Source: Tubulanus polymorphus (Eukaryota; Animalia; Nemertea). Taken from it: a DNA stretch of 64,000 nucleotides. The position numbers and the translations under genes were made by a program. The notes below the pieces were generated by a model. It did not search any database and was not told where the DNA came from. It saw only the letters and a list, made by a program, of their open reading frames with translations. Positions 31,701-47,467 of this stretch are shown one piece after another; within the stretch, counting starts at the first letter, position 1, and every line of letters starts with the position of its first letter. The stretch spans positions 7,998,001 to 8,062,000 of the forward strand of contig NC_134028.1 of NCBI RefSeq assembly GCF_964204645.1, in the 5' to 3' direction.

Positions 31701-33118
31701 TAATCATAGGCTACATAAATGAGAATAATCGATGACCTAGAGGTTTCACCGGGCTAAACGGTTCCACGGATTATAAATTCTTTCAAATACAAATACACAT
31801 ATTTAACAGTAACTAAACAAAACAAACTAAACGAAAGTACTGACTTTGCAAGTGCGTTTCCAGAGACACCCGATCCAAATAAAACAGTCCCGTAAGTTAA
31901 GCCTACAAAATTATCCTTTATTGAAAACTCATGATCTCATTGTCTTCTTTTTCGTTGGGTGAACTTCCGGAAGTCGGTTCATTTCCTCGAACAATGAACG
32001 CAATTTCAATCATCTGTTTTCACAACTAAGTTACGTAAGGCCATTTTTGCACAGAGCACATTGGAGCACGGATTTTTCCAAGAAAAAATTGGAAGGGGTA
32101 GGGTAAGAAATTTTTTAAGCGGTTCAAATGGAATGGACAAGATAAAAATTCAAAATCATCTTTTTTATTATATGAGTATTTCCCACATAAAACATCGGAA
32201 GGACTGCAGCGCGAAAAAACAAACGATTGTGCAAATTGATGAGATTGAAAATCAAGACGAACATAACTTTTACAAAATCAAGACAAAAATAATTTGTGAT
32301 TAAAACACGGTGGAAGACTATAAAAAGAATTTTTGATTTGATAATCTTAGCAGAATTCTGGGGGTGGGGTCGGGGTGGAACCGTGCTCCAGGTTATCAAA
32401 ATTAGCCGATCGTGAAACCATTGACTCTATCTAGAACGAAGTTCGTCGCTTCGCTTTTAGAGTCAATGGTGAGACTAAACCACGGACAGGTTACTGATTA
32501 AACCAGGCCATACTTTTTCAATTGAGATTTTTAATATCTCAATGCATTATTTTATCACCGGGATGGGCTAATTGAAAAATTCTACCCAGATGCATGTATT
32601 GAATCATATACATGTATTTGTAGTCGACCCCTATTGTAGAAAATGACATTATTCACAGTGCGATAATCCGTTTAGATGTCAATATATTCACAGTGCAATA
32701 ATCCGTTTAGATGGCCTATACTGACTAGTGACGTCAATATAATCTAACAAACCATTAAAGAGTGATTGACTTTAAGAAGTGAAAATAGCAATGTATCATA
32801 GTGCAGCCTTGTTGTGTTTACTTGCGTAGTGCTTGCATCTACAGGTTTTACGTAAGATTTTAAAAAGTTCAATGAAATCTTTGATTATTTGGTATGCAAA
32901 ATCGCGCCTTTTCAATGAAAAGTTCAGAATATTCGATCCGAAGAATCATCAATTCCTGTAACCAGGTCGCCTGGAGGCCCATATTCCGCATGATTAATCA
33001 TGAAATTGTGACGCATGCGTATCGGAAAGTTCGTCTGCTAACCTACAGCGCATCGTCGAACGCTCGCTAGAGCCTCCGTACGTTAGCGAGGGATGCTGCA
33101 AATCCGGTACTGGCGTTG

Positions 33119-33164
33119 CCATATATGGGAGCCGTACGCGGCTGCGTTCGCGAAACAGTATAAA
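33119..33164 (+). promoter_or_regulatory. actin promoter: CArG box and TATA box
   Basis: CCATATATGG at 33119-33128; TATAAA at 33159-33164, about 110 bp before the ATG. Confidence 0.85.
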
Positions 33165-33242
33165 TGCGTACGTGCGCCACAGACTCATCGCCATTTCCAC
33201 AAAGCAAGTAGCCGTGACTGCTAGAGCTCTTTTTTCTTGTGA

Positions 33243-35712
<2,470 letters not shown>

Positions 35713-36879
35713 GTTACAAAAATGCGATCAATTCAATACCATCACAGTCGACGCCACGCCCGCAAAGAAAACCACCGAACATTTATTTCGATCTAAGTGT
35801 TGAACTGATGCCCGCCGCTGCGTAGTTAAAATATGAACTATATCAACAAAGAATTATATACCATAGAAACACTTGATTAATGACGTCAACACTGCCGGAT
35901 TCACACTCTCAAATGGCAGCCGTTGTTTTGTGCGAAATTTTCGGTTTTTTATTCAGTTTTCAAATATTTCGGGTTTTATCAGTAGCCTATAGAGCAAGGA
36001 CTCCTATCGAAATAGAAATTGACTTAAACGAATTAAGAATATGTAAAACAACTTTCGATTTTTTGTAGTTTGTGCGCAGGTCCCTGTTCTGGGGCTACCG
36101 GTTGCCCTGGATAATTGGTGCTATAAAATCCGAATTAAATTGCTTTTGGATTCTCTTGTATTACGAACGGACTATATCCTAGAATGAATTATTATAATGG
36201 TTAAAATAAAATTTTGTAATTTTTGTTACAATGAATTTAATAGTAATTATTTGTTTTGTATTTGATGAATATTATTTTCTGTACATTTTGAAGAAAAGAC
36301 AACAAACGGCGAAAATTACGAACGCCAAAAATCCAATTTGATTATCCAGTTTGATTCTTCGCATTTGATTGAATATTTGGAAATATTATGATAACGGTTT
36401 GTAATCGTAATATTCTGATATGTATGGAATATTCTTAGCACAATGATAGTTAATACGTATGCTATTTTCATCATTGTTCTAAGATTTATCCATCATCGAT
36501 ATTCATATTTTTCGGAGGACTCTGTTTCTGCGATTGTGGGAGGTATTTCTGTCGGAGTCGCAACAAAATCGAGATGGAGGATTCGAACCCCAGACAGTGA
36601 TTACAAGACTTTATGAGGACACGAAAAAGAGAGGAATCCCGAGGAACCATCATTTGTTTTACCTGAGCCTGTAAATTGACTGACGTAAACGTGCCTGACA
36701 GGATTCGACAAGGATGAAATGATGAAGAAATGACATATGCTAAATGAAATGAGATGCTAAAATATAGAATACATGCACACGTAGGCCTTCTATGCACTTC
36801 CATAAAAGCGCGGCAAACGCTTGTAAACCTTTAGTTCCACAATCCAACGAAAGATGGCAGGGTAGACGATGATTATGAT

Positions 36880-37300
36880 TTAGAATTGGGTCTTATCTCT
36901 TGCCTGTAAATAAATTATCAAATCTTCCGTTAGATAGAAATGATAGATTATGTTCGGCTTGTAATGTTTTAGGTGATGAATTGCATTTTATTTTTAACTG
37001 CGACCTACTGAATGAAATCCGTGAAATTATTTTGAATCTGAATTCTTTTGGCAATCTTGATATTCTAAAAATCCTGCAATCCACCTTGCAAAATTCATTA
37101 AAAAAGGCTTAGATGTATATAGATCCCTCCAATAATTAGTATGTTGTAAATAGTGTATGTATATATTGTTAATAACTTTGTTATATTTTATCAAAACAAG
37201 TTTATACTTTCTGTTAATTGTAAATATTGTATACTTTGTATAGGTCTCCCTCCATGTACCATAGAAATGGTTGGAGTGTAAATGAAATCCTAAATCTCCC
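36880..37300 (+). mobile_element. decayed LINE 3' fragment
   Basis: DRLCSACNVLGDELHFIFNC, the C-terminal Cys/His motif of non-LTR ORF2, followed by an AT-rich 3' UTR. Confidence 0.7.
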
Positions 37301-38949
37301 TAATAGCGGCCTCAGTAAAGGCGTGATGCTTTTACATCCTCTGCGAGGTAAAGCCAAACAAACAAACAAACAAACAAAACGAACGACTTTGCAAATGAAC
37401 AGAAGAGTATGACAGCAGGCGAAACTTCGTAAATTATACCATTACTATTACCATTATAGCAAAAGTCGAACACAATATATTTAAGGTATATTAAAATGGA
37501 ATACACTGTATAATTTTTGGGACGACATCCCAAAATTATGCGAGCGGTGGGGGAAGGGGGCTGTGCCCCAAAATAAGAATTAACCCGGGCTCAGTTTTAC
37601 AGACTGGTATCCCCTCGGGGTAAACTCATTTAAAAATGAATCCAGTTAGCCTACAGAAGTGTTACGAGTCTGTAATGAGAATGGCGCTATATAAAAATAA
37701 ACATTATCATTATTATTATTATTATCAGAAGATAATACCAGTCTAAACTGGGCCGTGGGGTTTTCATTCGTGCATTAATAGAATATATAGATAAAATTAA
37801 AACGTTCAAGGCTTTCAAAATATACACGCTTACATACGTTCATGCTATGAATCAAATCTATACTAAAATACATGCAGTAGAAAAGATAAAGATTTTGATA
37901 GCGAAACAAAAATAAGCCGTTATTAAATCCAAATATGAGTATAGTTTTTTTAAGAATCTTTATCACAGCCAAAATATAACATGAACGTTGATATGTGAAA
38001 TATATATGATATAACAGATTTTATGTACAGATATCGAACCAAAGTATACATGTAGTATTTAAAGGGTATATAAGTTAATAACCAACAAGACATCTAAAAG
38101 TAACAACACAATATACATTTATGTGCACATATAACCATGATCTCACACACGTTTACGTTTACAAGAACCCGTTCTGTTAAAGCATACCCGTTGCCATATG
38201 TAAACCACTTTCAGGGGGTATTATAAGCCCCGTCTACACTTGCTTCATAGACCCGGGCTATGCATCTACGCTACGCTCGAAACACAGGTTCAATGAAGAG
38301 TTTACCGTAAAACCCACATTTTAGAAACGCTTTCCCCGCATTAAACCCGCGTTCGCATAAGCCTCTTTTTTTCTTGTGTAGACGGAAAGCCCGTGTCCAA
38401 TGGAGCGTAGCTTTACACGTAAACCTTTATAAGGCATTTTTTCAATTACTCGGAGTACGGATCCGCCTCCCAGAATTCTGCAAAAATTATCAAATTGAAA
38501 AAGAATTGTTTTAGTCCTCTGGAATTTCATCACGATATTTCAAAAAAAAAGAATTTTTTTTGTTATGTTAATAATTTTCAATGTAGTAACTTGTAAAGAT
38601 CATGTTCATTTCAATTTTCAACGATATTTTGTTATGTTAATGATTTTCAATGTAGTAACCTGTAAAGATCTTGTTCATTTCAATTTTCAATGATTTGCAA
38701 AAAGTTTTTTTTTGTTTCATTTCTCCAATCATTTGAAATAAAATTCCTCACAATTTTCACTCCTTTTTAATTCTACAGTCCCTCCGAGGTTTTATGCTGA
38801 AAATACTCGAACATAAAAACAATTTTCTCAATTTTTAGTTTTCCCTTCGCCCTCCCACTTTCGTCTTGTAAAAATCCGTTCTCCGAGTAATTAGCAAAAA
38901 GGCCTAACCAAGGACAAGTAAAGCAAAATTCTATCTAAATGAATTGCAT

Positions 38950-41900
38950 TCATTCGACTGGTGGTGGTTGTGGTGGTTGTGTTAAGGATGGCGGTTCTCT
39001 ATTCGGGTCCTGGTTTCTATCCATGGTTAGATATACAGCAGAAGGAGCTCGAGCTGACACACACGTGCTGTATGGATTACCCGACGACGTTTTTGTTGGT
39101 ATTTCCACTTTAGTATATCCGCTACATTCCTCGCCATCATCTAACGATTCGTAGAGCCCCTCTTCGGTTTCCTCACCGGGCGGAAACCACGGTTCGTCGT
39201 AAACGTTCTTTATATCCCCGTTATACGAGGGATTAGCGATCCCGGTGTCCGGCTCGAAGCCGGTCATTTCTGTCGGGACTCTCTTTCGAAGTCGGCACAA
39301 CAACACGCCTCCGACGATGATAAGAATCAGGCCTATTATAACGACGACCGACGAAACTGCACCTATCAGAGCTGCTGTCGTTGACTCTCCAGTTGGATTA
39401 GTTATCTTAGTCGATATCTGTGTTATTGTGGTTGATCGTATTACCGATGGTTTAGGGGTCTGTCTAGTTTTTGCTGTGGTTGTCGGAATGGTTGTTGTCG
39501 TGGACGGTCTAGTTGTTGGTTTTGTGGTCGTAGTTGTAGTAGTTAGCTCTGTTGTCTCTGATGGTAAACAAGAACAACATTCTTTAAAGCCCGCCGCACA
39601 CGGCACCGAAAAAACGTTTTTTCCTCGTGAAAAAAACGTTTTCGATGTTTTTTGCTATGCCTTGTGCGGGGGAGGCAAAACACAAAACGCCGAACTGAAA
39701 AACGTTTTTCGCGAGCAAAAGCTACGTTTTGTGTAGTCGAAAACGTTTTTCGTCCCGTGTGCGTTGAACGTTTTATCGTTTGCGGGCAAAACGTTTTACG
39801 AAAAACGTTTTGTGAAAACGTGTTTTCTGTTTCGGCGAAACAAATGTTTTGCCGTGTGCGTTGGGCTTAAAGATCTTACGATATCTAAATTGTTATTGTA
39901 AGCAAGTAAAAATGAAACGACAAGCTCTTTTGCATTTCAAAAACTTCGGAAAATTGTGTAAACATGGTTACGTAATGTTTGGGTGACTCGAGAGTTTTTT
40001 CAAGACTGATTAATTACGAGTTATTCATTTCTAAATTCAAAACATAAAAAGATTTAACGTATATTTACTTACTGTATTTGGTACATTGAACGTAGGCGGC
40101 GGTACTAGATCCAGACCCTTCACCCGAACAAAAGTCATTATAACTGAAGAACGGTTGACGACCGCAGTTCACGACGGTTTTTTCGGTACCGTCGCAAACT
40201 ACACCAGATATCAGATAATCAGACGTAAAGCCGCCGATGGAATTGGGAGTCTTCGTGCGACCAACTCCGCTTTTGTAACCCAAACTACGACAGAAGACGT
40301 TCGCCTCGTTCGTCGACCAAGCCGATGTAGCGCATATGTATTTGTCGACGGCGGTGAAGTTACTAGCGCGAAACGACACTCTAGGGTATCCCGATACGTC
40401 AGAATCAGTGTGGACAGCACTACCTATATCGAATGTCACTAGAAAGAAAGTAAAGATACTTTTTATGTTATATTGATATACACTTCGCAGACAGTTTGCT
40501 CCAAAATTCAATCATGTTATTTGTCCTTCATCCTGCCATTTCATTTTTCAATTTTCTTATCATCAAAATTCATTTCTCGGGGCCGTCGGAACAGGGGCGG
40601 CCAAAGCCGCCCCACTTTTTTACAAGAAATTTTTCAAAAGCACGCTGTATCGCGTAGCAGCTCGTCGTTCTCTGTATTACGTGCTCACGACTTCTCATGC
40701 TTCTGTGAATGAGACCGTGAAATGGCCCCAAAACGTATCCCCGGCGATTGAATTTCAAAAAATTTTTCTAGGGGGCCCCCAGACCCCCCTTCAGAAATAA
40801 GCTTCGCCACTGAAAAATTCCTTCCGACGGCTCTGTTTCTTTGTTTGTTCTACTTCGGGGTGTGTGGTTCCCCCATTGGGTCCACAGCCGATAATGGCTT
40901 TCCGTACATCCGTGTCATGTGTAATAAATATAAAGTATGTGTGTATGAAAAAAAAATTATACAATGGCCATATACGACAAATCAAAATTATTATTATCAT
41001 CATTATTATTATTATTATTATTATTATCATAACAAAAACTTCATGCTTTCACTTTATTCATACACATCGAAATATATACATAAAATAAACTTGCAAGTGA
41101 CTCGATTTGGTCTGACGGACTCCGAGATCCGACACTTGACGATGGTGTGGAGACGTCATGCTCCTTTTACAACAAAACTAAAACCTTGTGATTTCCATGT
41201 TCATTCTTGAATTCGCACATGGACGATGACAATTCCAAAAATCCCACGAATGCAATATTGTCTACTATAATTACCTGACGGTTTGGTTTTATCGGCTGGT
41301 CTGTAGCAGAAAGCAGCGGCGGCGTATTTACTAGCAGTGCAATACATCACGTATTGGTCATTATCCCGAATACCGGGACATTGCCTCAATTCGGTCTCCG
41401 AGCCGCTGCAATTCATCCGACCAAAAAACGCTCTCCATTTCGGATGACCTTGTATCGAGCGGCTATCTTTGTAGGCCGAACCGATTGAGTACGGATCCAG
41501 TTGCTTACACAGTACTGTCGCCTCGACGTCAGACCAATTCATATCAGGACATATAAGGCCGTTTGGCTTCAGTATGAAACTTCTAACTGGACCATCCATT
41601 CCGAAGCGACTGCTCGGTACTTCAAAGCGTATAACTATAAGAAAAAAAAGAAGAGAAAGGTTTTAGAAATAAACAAGAGAAGTAACTTGAAATTTAATTG
41701 GCCTTTAAGAAAAAACAATACACACATTGTTTAATCTATCTACAATAAATAATGTGAGCAAGGATCAATAAAGTATTTTGGATTTGAATGTATCTACAAA
41801 TAAATTAAACGGCAGCCAGTCTAACCAGGCTACCTTGATATTGGTGACGTAGGGCTTATCCACTCAAAATTCATTATCAAAATACGTGAAATTCTATTTA

Positions 41901-44900
41901 ATAGAACACAAGTCATGAAATAAATCTCATACAGAATGATCTCAAAACTTGTGCTTGTTATTTTGAAACGCCAATATTGATGACGTTGTGCACATTACAC
42001 AGCACCCCTTAGACAACGCATAGTAGGTATCGATATAACATTATTGTGACGGTTCTTACATCAGAAATAAGACGACATTTCTCTCACAATGGTTTGTCGA
42101 TAAATTTTGTTGGTACATTATTGCAACATAACTACAGTTTCCCCAGTTCCCCAGTCTTGTATCTTATGATGCCTCATATTTATAAATCGCGAACCGACGC
42201 CAAAGATCTTCGCCTATTTTCTAAGAATTTGTAACTTGGTCGGAATGCCACTAAACTATTTTTGCCATTTCATAACCACGGATTAACGCTGAAATTTGTA
42301 GAACACATACAGGGTGTCTCAGAAAATGTGTAACCCAACTTTTAGGATCAATTATTCATTAACTATAATTGGAATAATTTTTTTGTGAGGTAAGGTTGGT
42401 TGGTAGACCTGGATATTTGCTCAAGGATGAAATGTTGAAATGCAATCATAGAAGTCATGCATGGCTGAGCACTAACGCCAAAATTACGGAATATTCCATT
42501 GCATATTTTTATCTTTAAATGATCAGCTACTAATTGAAAAATTGATTTAGAATCACCAAATTTCACCCCTTGTGATATTTTCCTGTGGGGAATTGTTAAG
42601 ACCAAGGTATTCAAATTGCAACCAGCATGAATCGAAGACTTACATGTTCGGGAAGTAACAGATTTTGAGAGATACTGAATCTGATGTGTCAAAATCCGAC
42701 GTCGATCTCAACTGTGTATTGGTTAAAATGGTTATGATATTGAATAAGTTGCTGACAAGCCTGATTTGTAAATCCGACCTAGGATTTTTATCAAGAGATA
42801 TATATCCGTCTCAGCTGATATAATTGACTTAAAATGTACGTTCTGGGTAGGTCCCGAGACTCCTTAGACGATTTCGCGCCTTCGTCGCTCAATCTTTACA
42901 CTTGACCAAAAATGGTTCCGGTATGAGATAAGGTCGTTCCAAACTGAACTCGCGTCCCCGTCGCCCTCGCAACAAATAATCAGATATTGAGGCTTCGTAT
43001 AATTTCCATACTGTTTCTACGTATGCAATTTAAGATCGGTTTCAAAAGTCTTAAAAGTTTTTAGGTGTTACCGGTATATCTAAATTAGCTATGGAACGCT
43101 TGGAAAAGGAAATGTCCACGTACGTCTTTCTATCTTTACGGTAGCGCATACCATTGAACCGTATATACCACGTCTGCACCAGGAGCCATAATGCAAAGCG
43201 CATTCTGCCAAATTCTTTTCATCTCCTCGGCATCGGACCTGTTTCATTAAGAGATAGATCTTCAGTTTTAGAAAGATAAATTTAAACAACATTTCCATTT
43301 GGGAGCCTAAAAATCCAGTTCAAATTTTCACATATAAATGAGTGTTGTAGTGCTATCTGGTTTTTGCCGATACCCGTTTCAACGCCAATCCATGGGTGGT
43401 TCAAGCAGCTTATGGAAGTACAATTGAATCAGTTTTTGTCAGACGCTTTCATTCCATTATGGGATTTTTCATTCCATGATCGAGTAATTCCCAGAAAGAG
43501 TTATTGATTAAGGCTTGTTCAAGTTTACTAACGTACCGAACTTATGACATATTTATTAAGATTCGAACTAAACGTAGAGCAACAAAGGGCTTTGCCATAG
43601 TCGAATCCACTGAGTCTGCACGCGACTGAGGCGGCATTATGATCGAAGACATTGTCGCAAATAAGTCCATCTCGGCTGTTTCTGTTGAATATCGCAACAC
43701 CATAAGCGTACTGGTTACTATCCCGGGAATCACCTGAAAAAAGGACCGGAATATCTCAATTTTTAATGTCATAACATTTTTTGTGCGTATTTGAAAAATA
43801 TCTATTTAAATATATATAAAATTATTTAAGATAAATACCGCCACTGTGGCAATGTACGTGTAGGTCTGTGTCGCATTTAAATGAACCCCAGTTTTCTTTT
43901 GAACAATGCAAAAGGTTTGTTTCCGATCCGCTACACCTATTGATATGCATTTTTCGAGTTTTTCCATCCAACCATGCCACATCCGCAACCTACGAACAAT
44001 AAGATACCCTTAATGAAAACTATGCTGGCTGATTCGTACGGCCAGAGCAACGATAAAAAAATTTTCACATTGGCCCGTTTTTTGGTTTTCTCGTGCAAGT
44101 AAACAAAAAGTTTGGTGTTCTCGCCCGAGAATTCAAAACTTTGGTTTTCTCGCGCGAGAAAACAAAACATTTTTGTTTGAAAAATTTTTCTGACTGGCTA
44201 GGGGCTGGATAAAACCTTTTTTCGGTTTTCTCGAGCGAGAAAACCAAAAACGGGTCAATGTGAACATTTTAAAACGTTCCCTAGCCCTTTAGTATGGCCC
44301 GAATCAGCCACCAATGAAAACATGTATATAATGCGTTTTCCAAATTCTGCCCATTTAACATTGAAAATTGATAGTACAAGAAACTTTGCCTTACTCGAAC
44401 ATGGCTTAGGCCTACTCGGCCTTTTTGACTCGGACAAAAACGTAATCATTTTCGTGACTTGCTAACGTATACTTTCTTAGCCTTAACTAGGACTTTCGCT
44501 TACCGCGGAAAAATATTACCGGGCCCGGTCAGTCCGAGTTTAGCGTGGTTTATTGTAGTACCTTAGTGAAATTCAGAATTAAGAAATTAAGTGGAGTAGC
44601 ACAAGAACGCTGTAAATATTTTACCTGGCCAGTTTTAAAACCAAGCATCTTGCAGGCAACCTGCGCAGTTCTGTCGTGGTTATAACTCTGATTTTTGTAA
44701 CACACAGTTCCCCAATCGTTTAAACCTTTCTTAGAAACCTCTACCAAAGATCCGTTTCTAAGTCTTATATCAATGGCTATAATGATATGAAATAATAATT
44801 ACATCGCCAACTAGAGGATATGTGCGGGCATGTATAGACCACACGGTCACATGTGAAGCTTTTGATGAAATATCTAAATCACGAAACAAGACATATCTAA

Positions 44901-46810
44901 ACGGAATTTGAAGTCCCCGTAAAACGCTAACTTACAGTAGCAGGAAAGCCCAATATCTTCTTGATGGACACAGTTGGATGACGACCACGGTTTCGCCAAA
45001 CAATCAAAAAGTGACGTTTCGGTTCCAGTACACAACACATCATCGAGATAAATGTCGATTCCAGTAGCGGCACTCAAATAGAATTTACCCACCTTTGAAC
45101 GAGATTAACGAGGGATAATTGCTCATTCATTACTAAATCAATTAAGCTCAACGAAGGGAATTATGATTCTCTGTTACGCCTTTTTGTTTTGTTTGAGTTT
45201 ATAGAGTGGGATCCGCCGACGAACTCTTCCGATTTCTAGATATATATAACAATAAATGTTTTTGACAATGGTGTTCTGTCGTGTTCGTTCAGTAAATAGC
45301 GTGACTTATATGGCGGCGTAGGCAATAAATGGACAATATTCGGGTATTATTATCCAAAACGACCTTCAGAAAAGCAATTTTTTCCGAAGTTCCACTCCCT
45401 GGTCACTTAATTAGTAATGACTTCAATATTTTGATAAAAAAAGTTTTTTTTCTCTATCCAATAAAGAAGTTTCCAGTTTCTAGGCGCCATTTTGTGGCGG
45501 TCCCTCGAGGTCCCCATCGTTGCGATAATTTGCGCTCATTTTTAAAACATAAGTTTAGATTGAATATCATATAGTTCTGCAGTCCCTTGCTCGACGAAAT
45601 CAATTTATACACCATTTTAAAGGAAATGAAATGCAGATATTTGCTGGTGATTCTTGGAATTTTTGAACGCAACAATTGAGAACAGTGACGATGTGAAACC
45701 AAGGACCGCATATCTCAACCGCGTGTAAAAGAAATCGCAATATTCATTAATTTTAAAATATCTAAGTATCTCTTAAAGCTATATTTCCAATTTTCACAGA
45801 GGTTAAAGAGGGTTATTTGCAGTTTAAGCCTGCGTGAAATTTTTTTGAATATCTTTCCTGACGACTGATCTCTGAACTAGAAACTGGAAACTTCTCTATT
45901 CTTTCAAGTCCATCAAATATGTTTATATCCATCTTATCATAAAAGACGGCCTTATGCTAGAAAAGCTTTGGGCTTTTTCAAAAGGAATAGATAAGCGATT
46001 CTATTCAATATTGAAATTAATGGATATCTAGAAATTATTGAGCGTTGAAACTGAAGGACGTGTTTCTTTTTTTACTCACATCACCTCCGCTATAGCCGAG
46101 CTGGCGACAGGCGACAGTCGTTTCTTTATTATCCCAAAAGTCGTCACATACTGTACCCCAGGCTTTACCGGGCTGTCTGACCTCTAACCGACCTTCCGCT
46201 GCAGTACCGCCGTCCCTCAATCGCAACTCCACAGGCCCAACTAAATACATTCATAAAAACCATGATCTATGGAGTTCATGTTTGTTTCTCACTTAAATCT
46301 TTAATTCCCCTTTTTAAATAAAGTAGCATGTATCGTAGGCCTAATCGTGTGTCGCAAATAAACTTTTTTTATAGTAATAGTTTCGATGGACCTTTATATG
46401 CTACATAAGTGAAATACGAGTGAATATTTCATTTCAAAGCTTTTATTATAGACACAAGATTTGAAGGAATTCCGATAGTGTTTTGTCCAAATAGTGAATT
46501 TACGTATCGTGGTATATACGATGATATATAACATTATGAAACATTGTATTACGTACAACTTTACGTTACAGACATGTCACGCAAAAATCAATGTTATGAT
46601 ACTCGAATTCGTTAAAAGGCGCGTTCAAAATATCACTAAATGGGGATCCGGCTGGTCCGTGGCTACTGAAGAAAATTCTCAATAGAAAAATAAAATGCGT
46701 TGTACATATAATCATATGGCTTACGTACTTCTGGTGGTAGATGTCGTTTGCGACGAGACAAAACTCAATCGGATAATAAGTCCAAAAAGAAGATAGTTTG
46801 AAATGTTCAT
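38950..46810 (-). CDS. SRCR-domain type-I membrane receptor A (signal peptide, 5 SRCR-like domains, Thr-rich stalk, TM, Tyr-rich tail)
   Basis: Exons about 46729-46810 ([21 protein letters not shown]), 46080-46240 ([36 protein letters not shown]), 44935-45092 ([18 protein letters not shown]), 44624-44777, 43857-43990, 43537-43733 ([17 protein letters not shown]), 43139-43237, 41274-41633, 40080-40438, 38950-39557 ([28 protein letters not shown]). Confidence 0.9.
39588..39867. mobile_element. PIF/Harbinger-type MITE
   Basis: TIRs agcccgccgcacacggca / tgccgtgtgcgttgggct, TAA TSD on both sides, internal aaaacgtttt repeats. Confidence 0.85.
42308..42750 (+). mobile_element. Tc1/mariner-superfamily remnant
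   Basis: ta-cagggtgtctcagaa terminus; 42553-42612 translates [20 protein letters not shown], matching the SPDLTPCDFFLWG transposase motif. Confidence 0.75.
44026..44310. mobile_element. MITE
   Basis: Inverted ends tggctgattcg / cgaatcagcca with internal inverted blocks (ttggttttctcg / cgagaaaaccaa). Confidence 0.7.
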
Positions 46811-47467
46811 CGTGAGAGATATTCGAAGCATCTATTGACTATTTCAAAAGTGAAAGCCTCGTCGATTACTTCCTTGATGCTGCCTCGTAAAAATGCATGC
46901 ATTCTTGATGTCTCAGGGGTAATCAAAGCATTTGGAATTCCCCCGTTCTTTTGTTTGAATATCAGGTAAACAGCTGAAACCGGGCATTCATTTCTTTATA
47001 CAACTTTTTTACAACGTTGTAGGAAATTTATAACAACCGAAGCGTGTTTGAATATTGGAAAATAATTTCTGTAGAGGATATTCACTCCGGATATTTATGG
47101 ACGCGTTACGCAGTTAGATTTTGAATAGAAAATGCAGAGTTTGTCCTATATTTCATTCAATCGTTCGCACAAGAGTGAATTAATCTTTTAGATTTATTTC
47201 ACTTTCCTAACGGACCAAAAGTCAACTTTCTTCATTAGAACCGAATTTCTATCCAAAATATGATGACTTATCATATGTCAGTGATTGATCTGAAAATGTA
47301 TCTAAATTTCGCGTCAAATACTGCCCAAAAAAACGTTTCCGTTTTCAAAGGAGAATTTAATTACTGTTGAGAACGTGATACGAAAATTCCAAACTTATAA
47401 AAGGGCAATAAATCAATTTCCCTTTCTATATCGTTTAAATGCATATTTCATGAAGGGGTGAAAGAAA

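Noticed and set aside
40791-41088. Poly-Ile/poly-Tyr ORFs
   Set aside because: Translations of an intronic (ATT)n microsatellite.
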